NCBI GenBank assembly: GCA_977017645.1
Contig: OZ360223.1
Span: 193,316,001 to 193,380,000, forward strand
DNA from: Torpedo marmorata
Taxonomy: Eukaryota
Direction: 5' to 3'
DNA: 64,000 nucleotides
The position numbers were made by a program, and so were the translations under genes. Under the pieces are notes generated by a model, which was not told where the DNA came from, did not search any database, and was given only the letters and a program-made list of their open reading frames with translations. This document shows, piece by piece, positions 35,800 to 46,391 of the stretch (the stretch's first letter is position 1; every line of letters begins with the position of its first letter).

Positions 35800-35897
35800 C
35801 TGGAAGACCAGCAGACAAGGCAGGTATATTTAAGGACATCAGCCACAACAGGCACAGCCAACCAGCTCCCAAATCCTGACTCGCCCTTCAAATGCAT
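35727..35897 (-). CDS. EPS15: Eps15b-type alternative first coding exon (5'-extended exon 13; unique 32-aa N-terminus; EH-less isoform)
   Basis: ATG at 35897 reads MHLKGESGFGSWLAVPVVADVLKYTCLVCWSS in frame into exon 13. Recalled human Eps15b N-terminus is MYLKSDSGLGGWITIPAVADVLKYSCIVCWSS. Confidence 0.88.
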
Positions 35898-36624
35898 CTT
35901 CTTTCAGTGAGCTAGTGTTTGAGAGGGAACGGGGAAGGGTATCAGTAACCTTTCAAACCATAAATGAAATGCCTAGTTTCAGTGAGAGACGAAAATGCCT
36001 GATGTCAGAATCTGTTCAGTGAAATACAGAGCTGAAAATCAATGAGGCGATTTCTCACCACAAATGTCAGTGTTGCTATGGAGCTGTTGGCTAATCAAAA
36101 CTGGAGCTTATAGGAAGAGGAGGAGCTAAAAGGATCATCCCACCATTAAACTACATTTTATTACAAAACTAAAATTTAAACTGCCAATACATACACACTT
36201 TGATCAGTACTTTAGATTGGAGAATAATTGTTATATGTTTATTAACAATAAATTACATTTTTAAAAGAACAGATACAACCTTCAAAATCTGAGAAGCATT
36301 ATTCATTTATTTTTCTCTTTAATTGGGGATTTTGATTGCATAAAAGCAGCCCTTCATGAGAAAGTAATGTTAGTTTGCTATTAAATTTTACAACATACAT
36401 GAATTATTAGCATTATAAATTCCTTCATATGTAAAAAAAAAATTACATATCACATTGTCATGAAAACGCATGCATGATTTCATCTAATATTAACTCCTCA
36501 AATGAGATTCTGACAGTGTACAGACATGGCTGACAATTTTATTTTGATCCATCAATTATCTTTTATCATAACACACATCACTCTCTTTCCCACCATGCCA
36601 ACCCCTGATCATTTTCAGACTCAC

Positions 36625-36686
36625 CGGTCGTCGGGTGGAGAGCGGTGCCGTGTAGATTTTAAACAATCTCTTACCACTCGCATCAT
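36625..36686 (-). CDS. EPS15: Candidate additional alternative first coding exon of EPS15 (MMRVVRDCLKSTRHRSPPDD-R)
   Basis: ATG with A at -3 and an in-frame stop upstream; 20 codons plus 2 nt; strong donor CCG|gtgagt in phase 2, matching the exon-13 acceptor (CG+G = Arg); local CpG cluster. No transcript evidence. Confidence 0.5.
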
Positions 36687-37626
36687 CTTTGCAGTACATT
36701 CTAACTTGGCACTTAGCTTAGCTTCACAAGTGTGGGTTTACAATCAAATGCACATCAACTGAATGTCATGAGTGAATCCAATGACTGCATACCTGCATGA
36801 TATAATCAGCAAAGGCTGATGTTCTCCAACAATTTTAAGTCTGCTCTTTCTCAATGCAAACTGTATGCAGACAAGGGTTTCAGCTTCTACAAAATCACTT
36901 CAGAAACCAGGAAATAGCAGTCACGTGGAAAATAACCTAGCCCAAGAGACATACTACACTGCATACAGTCATTCAATAAATGTAGCTGATATACTGGGCC
37001 TTGGGAAAAGTTGCAGTGGATGAGGGGGTGCCAAATGATTTTCATGAATTGCCCAAAACTAGATTGTGTTTTTTTATAAAAAGGTAAATTAAGTTGGTAG
37101 TTACCTGCTATGTATAGCTGTTTAATTACATTACAGCAGCAGTTTGCTGAGGGAACCCATGATTTAAACAGAAGGTGGCTGTCAAGCTAATGAGGCATGT
37201 AATGAAGTAACGTGCAGTGGCGAAGGCAACAGTGGGAGTGTCATAAACAGATCTGAAGAAAGCTAGTGGTCAATAACAAGACTAAGGGCAGTTTAGAAAG
37301 ACAGGAAGTGAAATGAAAACACAAATATTAAATTGTGGTTTCTGGCTTCCACTTAAACTATAAAATTAATGTAATATTACTCATTCCCAAATTTTTAGGG
37401 TGCTCATGCATATATTAACAGTGAATACCTTAATGCATCTGATTTACAGGCTGCTAAAATGTTTCAGACAATCTGCTCGAAATTAAAGGTCATTGGATAT
37501 AACCTATAAACTAAAGATCATTTAGTTCTTTAAATTAAATTGCTCAGATTTTCAATGTGCAGACAACTTATGGAAAATTGCAAAAGCAACAGGGTTGTTG
37601 TCATGTGAGACTTCAATTTCCCCAAT

Positions 37627-38205
37627 ATCAGAATCAGAATTTATTGTCATGGACAAGTCATGAAATTCGGTGTTTTGCGGCAGCATCATAGTGCAAACAT
37701 TCATATTATAACTATCTTATGACATTACTATAAAAAATATATAAATAATAGTGCACGAAAAGTAAGGCAGTGTCTTTGGTTCATTGATTATTCAAGAATC
37801 TGATGGCAGCGGGAAAGAAGCTGTCCTTGTGCCGTTGAGTGCTCGACTTTAAGCTCCTGTACCTTTTTCCCGATGGTAGCAGAGTGAAGAGGGCATGGCC
37901 TGGGTGGTGGGGGTCATTGAGGATAGAGGCTGCTGTTTTAAGACACCGCCTTGTGTCGATGTCCTCGATGGAGTTAAGTCTGGTGCCTGTGATGTTAACA
38001 ACCCTCTGGAGTTTATTCTTGTCCTGAGAGTTGGCGCCTCCATACCAGGCAGTGATGCAACCAGCCAGAATGCTCTCCACGGTACACCTGTAGAAGTTTA
38101 CGAGAGTCTTCGGTGACATACCAAATCTCCACAGACACCTCACAAAGTATAGCCGCTGGCGAGCCTTCTTTGTGATTGCATCAACGTGGAGGCTCCAGGA
38201 CAGAT
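37627..38205 (-). mobile_element. Rex1/Babar LINE 3' fragment
   Basis: ORF 37781-38143 FYRCTVESILAGCITAWYG..HPGHALFTLLPSGKRYRS; tail ttctgattctga. Confidence 0.9.
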
Positions 38206-38264
38206 ATTGATTAGGACGTCCATAGTACCAGAGACTTAAGATGGGACAGAATATGTTAAGAGCA

Positions 38265-40075
38265 TTTGAAGGAGACCAGACTAAACCTTATATTGACAAA
38301 TGACTCCAGCCAGGTGATCAAAGTTAAAGTGGGGGCACATTTTGGGAATAGTAATCACTCTTCCTTAACTTTCAAGATAGTTATTAACAAGGACAAGTTT
38401 GGGCCTTGTAGAAAAGTATTAAATTGGGGGAGAGCAAATTATGACATAATTAAAAAGGAGCTGGGAGCAGCCATTATTGGGTAAGTCCATAACTGACACG
38501 TGGGAATTGTTAAAGGACCAATTAATTAGAGCTCAGGACCTATATGTCTGGTGTGAAGGAAGGATAAGGGTGACAAGATAAGAGAATCTTGGATGACGAG
38601 AGGTAGTGAATTTAGGGAGAAAGAAAAAGGAGGCACCTGTATGGTTCTGGAAACTACAATAAGGCAAGGCCCTGAAGAAATGTAGATTACAGGAAAGAGC
38701 TCAAGCGGGGCATTGGAAAAGAGAAAAGGGACCTTAAAATGTTCTTCGCAAGCAGGATTAAAAAATACCCCAAGGCATTTGAAGCTTATATTTAAAACAA
38801 CAAGATGACTATGGATAGGGGAGGGAATTTATACTTGGAGTCAGTGGATGTGGGCAAGGTACAAATTGAGAACTTTGCATCGTATTTACCAAGAAGGACA
38901 TGGACAATGATAGGGATCATGTGGAGAATGCTCATGCATTGGGGCATTTTGAGATCAAGAAAGGGGTGACGTTGGGTCTTTTGAGGAGCATTAAGCTGGA
39001 CAAGTCCCCTGGAATGATGGGATATATCTCCAGTTATTGAAAGAGGCAAGTGAAAAGATTGCTGGGTCCTTTGCATCCTCACTGGTGAGGAGATCCCAGA
39101 GGACTGGAGAGTAGCCAATGTTGCACCTTTGTTCAAGAAGGGAAAAAAGGATAATCCAGGAAATCATCGTCCAAAAATACTCAGATCAGTGGTAGGGAAA
39201 CCATTGGAAAGGACATTTAGGGTTAAGATTTATGTATATTTGGAAAGTCATGGCCAAATTAGGGACAGTCAACATGGTTTTATGAGGGGCAGGTTATACC
39301 TTACCAATCTGATTGAGTGTTTTGAGGATGTGACAAAGACGGTTGATGAGGGTAGGGCAGTGAATGTTGCCTACATGGACATCAGTAAGGCATTTGACAA
39401 GGACCCCCATGGTAAGCTAATTCAGAAGGTGCAGGTGCATGGAATCCATGGTGAGTTGATGGTTTGGATACAAAATTGGATGGCCCACAGAAGACAAAGG
39501 GTAGTGATGGAACGTTGTTATTTGGGCTGGAGACCTGTGGCCAGATGTTCTGCAAGGATTGGTGTTGGAACCCCTATTGTTTGTGATTTACATAAATGAC
39601 TTGGTTGAACAAGTAGGTGGTTGGGTTAGTAAATTTTCAGATGAAACAAAGATTGTTGGAGTTGTGGACAAGGCAGATGGAGTTTAATCTGGACAAGTGC
39701 AAGGTGTTGCACTTGGGGTGGTCAAATGAAAGGGGAATGTACACAGTTAATAGCAGGACACTTAAAATTGATTTGCAGAGGGATCTGGTGGTCTAGCTCC
39801 TGAGCTCAGTGAAAATGGCCACGCAAGTAGATAGGTTAGTAAAGAAGGCATATGGTATGTTTGATTTCATGGTGCGAGATATTGAGTATAAAAATAAGGA
39901 AGTTATGGGTACAACAATGTAAGACTTTGGTTCAGCTGAATGGAGTTTTGTGTGCAATTCTGGTCACTCCATTACAGAAAGAATGCAGAGGCTTTGGAAA
40001 AGACGTGGAGGCTTTGAAAAGGGTATAGAAGAGGTTAACCAGGATGTTGCTTGGTTTCGAGGGTATGGGCAGGTT
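38265..40075 (+). mobile_element. Degenerate CR1 LINE ORF2
   Basis: HFGNSNHS; FKKGKKDNPGNHRP; SQHGFMRGR; MDISKAFDK; multiple frameshifts. Confidence 0.85.
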
Positions 40076-40679
40076 GATTATGGAGCAAATTAACTCTGTT
40101 CTCAGGAATGGGCTGGACCCACTTCAATTCACCTATTGTCACAACAGGTCAACGGAAGATGTCATCTGGCTGGCCCTCCACTCTGCATGAGATCACTACA
40201 CCACAGGAACACATTTGTTCATTGACTACAGCTCAGCGTTCACTACTATCATACCAGCAAAACTACGACAAAACTAAAGGATCTAAGAGTCTGTTTGGGT
40301 CAATAAGCAAATGTGGAGAAGTATTTCAATCCCCATGTTTACCACAAGATTCTGTCCTGATTGTGACGTAACTTAGACTGCAAAACATAATCTGCAAAGC
40401 ACAGATGTAAAGATAGATGGAGTTTCTTTGCAATATAAGCAGGAGAGTTGAGATATTCAATATTGAGGCATTGCAATACAATCACCAGGCATATGATGCA
40501 AGTACACGATTTCTCTTCTGAACTTCAGAGAAAGAAGTAAATAACAAGTTAATAAGATAATATGATTTCATATTATCAGTTGCTTTGCAAATATACCATT
40601 TGTACTTTCTTTGAGAACTTTTTTCTTCAATTTTTCTCTCTGAGGTATAACATGGTTTAGGAGGGAAAGTAACCATTAA

Positions 40680-43080
40680 AGAAATAAAAATAGAAAATGC
40701 TGGAAATACTCAGATGAGGTATCAAACCAATGCCTTTTTATTGTAACTGAGCAAAGTTAGAAATTATTTTGTTGCAGAGATTGGAAGAGAGGTAAAAAGA
40801 ACAAAAGGGAGGTTCAGTGACAGGACAGAAGCCAGATGATTCTGTCACACAACTGGTAGTGATGTTGGCTGAAAATGGGAGTAAACACCAGTGAACAGCA
40901 GAAATATGTCTGGGCAAAGAGCAGATAGGGACTGATGGAGGAAATTGAAAATAATCAGGAGAGAGAAATAAAACACTGGAAATGTGAGGCACAAGACTAG
41001 AATGGTTGATTGTCTGATATTGCAGAATACAACATCCTGTCTCGAAGGCTGTGATATTCTAAGCCTGAAGATGAGCTGGTAAGCCTTTTTGGAACAATGA
41101 AGCGGCCAAAGGCAAAGGGTTGAAGTGGGAGTGGAGTGTTGAATTACAGTGACCCACATTTGGAAGCTCGGGATCATGGTTGTGGATTGAACAGAGATGT
41201 TCTCGAAAGCAGCCACCTAATGTCAAGTCAAGTTTATTGTCATCTGATTGTACAACCCGACGAAACAGCGTTCTCCGAACCTCGGTACAAAACACAACCA
41301 GATATAACACACATACAGACAAACAATAAATATGCAGGACAAGTATTTTATTTATACAAATAAATAAATAAATATTGCTTTGTACAAATGAACGTCTTGG
41401 ATGGTTAGTATGAGCAGTTCCTTTGGTCGTTCAGCATTCTCACTGCCCGTGGGAAGAAGCTGTTCCTCAGCCTGGTGGTGCTGGCTCTGATACTCTTCCC
41501 CGACGGGATCAGCTGAAAGATGCTGTGTGCAGGGTGGAAAGGGTCCTCAATGATTTTGCGCTCCCTCTTCAGACAACGATCCCGGTAGATCACGGCGATG
41601 AGGGGTTGGGGGGTGGGGATTAGGGATACTACAGTGATCCTCTCTGTGGATTGTGGATTGACCTCCGATCCATTTCTCTGCAGCAACTGTACCACACTGT
41701 GATGCAGCCGGCCAAGACGCTCTCAATAGAGCTCCTGTAGAAGAATGACATAATGGTGGCCAGTTGCCTTCAGTCTTCTCAGGAAGTGCAGTCGCTGTTG
41801 CGCCTTCCTGACAAATGAGGAGATATTGAGTGTCCATGATAGGTCACTAGTTAAGTGAACTCCAAGGAACTTGGTGCTCTCCACTCTCTCTGCAACAGAG
41901 TTGTTGATGTGTAATGGAGGGTGACCGTTCCTGGTCCTCCTGAAGTCCATGATCATCTCCTTCGTCTTGTCCACGTTGAGACTCAGGTTGTTACTCTCAC
42001 ACCATTTCACGAGATTTTCCACCTCTTCTCTCCAGTGCGACTCATCGTTGTTGCTGATGAGGCCAACTACTGTTGTGTCATCTGCAAACTTGATGACACT
42101 GTTGGAGCTGGACTTGGTGATGCAGTCGTGGGTCAGTAGCGTTAACAGGAGTGGGTTGAACACACAGCCCTGAGGTGCGCCAGTGCTCAGCATGACGGTG
42201 CTCGACATTCTGCTACCGACCTGGACAGACTGTCATCTTTCTGTTAGGAAGTCCAGGATCCAATTACAGAGAGGGGTGTTGAGTCCCAGCGAGGTCAGCT
42301 TCTCCACTAGCCTCTGGGGAATGATCGTATTAAACCCTGAGCTGAAGTCGATGAACAGCAGCCTGGCGTATGAGGCATCGTTCTCCAGGTGGGCCAGGAT
42401 GGAGTGAAGAGATAAGGCTATAGCATCGTCTGTGGAACAGTTTCTTCTATAGGTGAATTGAAATGGGTCCAGCATCTCTGGGAGATGTGCTTTGATGTGT
42501 TCCATCACCAGACACTCGAAGCATTTCATAATGGTGGAGGTCAGTGCCACAGGGCGGTAGTCATTGAGGCCTGTTATTGTCGTCCTCTTGGGTACCGGGA
42601 TGATGGTGGCTGTCTTGAATCCTGCGGGAACGACGGACTGCTGCAGTGAGGTGTTGAAGATGTCCATGAAGACCTCCGTCAATTGGTTTGCACAGTCTAA
42701 ATGTAAAGGAGTCCATATCATGAGCACCAGTGGAATTATACTAAATTGGTAATATAACAAATAAAATGCTGCTTCACCTGAAAAGTGTATTTGAGTCCAA
42801 GGATAGCAGGAAGAGAAGAGGTAAAGGGCAGGTAATGCATCTGCTGAGATTACATGGGACTGTGCTATCAATTGGGTATTCGTGGAGAAGGAACAATGAA
42901 CTCAAGAATCACAGAGGGAACAGTCCCTTTGGATTTCTCCCAGGAAAGATGGGGATGATATCTCTGGTGATGTCTTGTATTGGAATTGTTAGAAAGTATG
43001 AAGAACCATCCATTGTTCTGGGTTGAGGTCATGAGAGCAAAGGTGTATGAAATGAGAGTCTCGGGAGGGTTGGGGGGGGA
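40680..43080 (-). mobile_element. Old Penelope remnant (about 40680-41221 and 42696-43080) interrupted by a Rex1 LINE
   Basis: Minus-strand GGCFREHLCSIHNHDPELPNVGHCNS GIY-YIG tail motif; aatgctggaaatactcag 3' end. Confidence 0.6.
41222..42695 (-). mobile_element. Rex1/Babar LINE, 5'-truncated RT
   Basis: ORFs 42233-42871 and 41723-42208: [33 protein letters not shown]; tail acttgacttga. Confidence 0.92.
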
Positions 43081-43129
43081 AAACAGGTGAAAAACTATTT
43101 ATTCCACCCCCACGCCTACAGAACTGTGT

Positions 43130-44370
43130 CACTAAATCTGTATTGTCACATCCCATCCCTTCAGTTAACTTGCACCACCTCAGTGTTTTCAATTTTAAAT
43201 TCCATTTGGTATCTGCCCTTCCTGCAAACCTATCCATGTCCAGTTGCAGCCAATTGATACAACCAATATTTTTTGCCACACCTCCACATTTTCTATCAGA
43301 GGGAAACTTTGAAATTTTATTCTGCATTTCAATATCCATGCCATATTTTAAAAAGGGAAAACATTGGTCACTGTGAGGAACACCACCATCGATATCCTCT
43401 GGTCTGGAGAAACCAGACCAAAACTTTTGTCCTTTAGTTAAATTTTATCCAAATTGATACAAATGATACCAATTCCACAAGACTCAATTTTGCTAACCAG
43501 CCTTTTATTTTGGCTTTTGTCAAACACTTTCGTAAATGCATACAAGCAACATCTACTACACTTCCTTTCTCAACCTCCCCCATTATTCCATCAAAAAATT
43601 AGCTTAGTCAAACATGTTATTCCCATTTCAAATCTATACTTGCTCTCCTTTGTTTAGTCAAACTTCTTTAAGTACCTTTTAAATTACCCCACCACATTAT
43701 TTTTTTTATTTTATCCATCACAGATTTAAACCGACCAGTCCATAGACATGTAGAATGTTCAAACCTCAGGTACCTCCCTTGTATCTGGGGAAGATTGGAA
43801 GATTATGGCAAGCCTGCCATATACCACCACCTCTACTTCTCTCAGCAACTAGGAATATGAACCTCCTGGATCAAATGACCAACCCATTCAGAGCAGAGTC
43901 AATCTTTCTCGAACATTCTCCTAATCAATTTTCACCCATCTATTACTTCTATCATCTACAGTTCCTTCAATAGAAAATTCTTCCTTTGTAAACACCAATA
44001 CTAAAGTACCCTTCTTTGGCTCTAAAAGGTTCCAACCTGCTCTTTGCTGTTTGCCTAATTTGCATGCTAGTAAATTCATTTACCGGTAAGTTCCCTCTTA
44101 CTTCAACCACCATTTTATTTTCATTTTCTCTCTAATACCAGTCTTATTTCCCCTCTCAGGTACTTAACCTGGTTCTCACTGGATGAATTCAACTGACACA
44201 TATCCTTTTTTGCATCATCATTATCTTGATTTCCTGCATCATTCAAGGAATCCTAGCTTTGGTTCCCCTGCATTTCCCTTTTGAGGGAATATATCTGGCC
44301 TGTAGCTGAAACTTTGCTCCTTCAAGAATAGCCCACTGTTCAGTATTTTCCATGATCCTTTGAAACAGAA
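43130..44370 (-). mobile_element. Highly decayed CR1 remnant
   Basis: ISKFPSDRKCGG..WLQLDMDRF..W and QWAILEG..LQARYIPSKGK fragments. Confidence 0.55.
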
Positions 44371-44580
44371 TTAACGTTTCAGATCCAAAACCCTTCATCG
44401 GTTCTGATGATGTCATTTGCAACAATGGCATTATTAACCCCAAGTATGATGACATAGCAATTGTCATCATTGTAATTATTTTTAAGACATTTTTAAATTT
44501 TCACATGGTTTGACATATGTTTACCAGTTCTATGTCTTGTTTTCAGCAAAATTGCACAGAGCCTCAAATGTTTTGTTTAC

Positions 44581-44666
44581 CTGTGAAGATCGGCAATTTC
44601 GTTGTGTATAGAATCAAGTTCTTTGATGGCTGAAAAGTCAGCTACAGTGTTCAGAGTGGCTCCATT
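44581..44666 (-). CDS. EPS15: EPS15 coding exon (86 bp, phase 0-2; human exon ~12)
   Basis: Flanked by tttccacag| and |gtaaac. Translates NGATLNTVADFSAIKELDSIHNEIADLH(R); human has NIIGSSPVADFSAIKELDTLNNEIVDLQR. Confidence 0.96.
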
Positions 44667-45090
44667 CTGTGGAAAGCATGCTTTGAGTTATTTAAGAATG
44701 TGAATTCAAATCAGTTAAAAGTTCACTGCATGACTCTATGGCAGAGTTTCATTCGGGTCGTCTTGATTAAAAAGAGCACACAAGTTTTATTGAAGAACAA
44801 TTCTTATCCTCATCTTGTCCATAATTGTCCATAATGGTGGTGAAACACAACATAAATTAACAAATCCAAATAAGTATCAAATCTAAAGCCCTGACCTAAT
44901 GAATGGAATGGAGAACTTTATGAAGCAGTGCAAAACTTGATTTTGTTCTTGATGGAATATATAACATATTTTTCAAAACTACGCATATTCAGAAACCTGC
45001 AAATAAAAGGGAAATCTGAAAAATAAGCATGCACTCTTCATAATTGAAAGGTGAACAAGGATGGATTTAACAGTAAATAATAATGCTAAC

Positions 45091-45202
45091 CTTGCGTTTT
45101 TAAACGAAGAAGTGCTACGTTAGACTTCCAGCGTTATTCACATATTACGGACATCAAAGCAGTGCAGCAAGGATGGCTGGTACATTGAGAAAGGCATAGA
45201 GC
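45091..45202 (-). other. Candidate poison (NMD) cassette exon in the EPS15 intron between exons 11 and 12
   Basis: Branch-like ttcactaat, long pyrimidine tract and ctacag acceptor; AAG|gttagc donor; 112 nt with an in-frame TAA after 22 codons; TGCATG about 60 nt downstream. Confidence 0.45.
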
Positions 45203-46391
45203 CTGTAGCAAAGCAGAGCAAGTAGAATGCAAGAAAGAAAGGTTCAGTGAGAATTAGTGAAGCTACAAAGCTGAATTGGATTGATTTCTGAGAAGTGCAT
45301 TTTCAGTGAATATTTGTTTTGCATCAAGTTGCATCTGAACAGGAAAATTAGCTTTGTCAGAGCAGAGAATGTGCAAGGAAAAGCTAATTTGAGGAGTTAA
45401 TTGTCAATAATGTCACATTTCTAATTGCAATTATATTGTTTTAATGAGATACATTCATAACACTGTCTTGAAACTCAGGAAGAAAAAGATAACAAAAGAG
45501 ATAAAAGATGCATGAGGCAGGCACAAAAACCCTGTTGTGAAATCTTTCATTTGAAGACAGAATATAAAATAGGATTATGCTGCTTCTCTACCATATTGAT
45601 GTGAAATGCAACTATTTTTGAAATGAAACTATTGAAACTCTCCCACAGCAAGTCTGAAAATGCACAACCATCACTTGAATGATTTAAGATACACATTAAA
45701 TTTCAGGACAGAGTTCTAGATCACCAAAAAAGAGATATAAAAAAATAACCAATAACAGATTTTAAAAAGTATGGAAAGAAAATAAAAGCAAATTACACTA
45801 TAATCGTAAACAGTGAGATTAACAAAAGCAGCAGCCCATTAGACAATGCACACATGTCCCCTTATGCTACAAATAGATACCAAAGTGGAAAACTGTATTA
45901 ACTGCAGCAACAATGGTAAATTGAAAGGTACAGATATCTGAAATTAAATTTCAAATGCTGGTACGGAATAAGCATTTAATCACTGCAGCATACAAGACCA
46001 AAAAAAAATTGGGTGAACAGGAAAGTGAAGTGAAGATGTAATTGAGGGTCTTTGCATTGTACTGGCCAAGTTTTACACAAGCTTCATGAAGAGGGTTGAA
46101 CATTTCTCTTGGGCATTGATACTTCACACTGAGTTTAATAAATTCAAACTCTAGCTCCATACTCTGAAGGCTAGCATTCCCATGAAAATGTCATACATAC
46201 CTTCATGCCCTTTCTCATCCTTAAAAAAAGTTCCTTTTTTTTAATGAATGTTATACAGTAAAACCCCTGGTATCCAGCACCTATGCGGATTGGTAGATGC
46301 CGGATGAGTGTATTTTCCGGTTGCTTGAGACTTACTCTTACAATGCCTAATACACCAAACTGATACTCCTGCATTAAGAATAAACTGTTTA

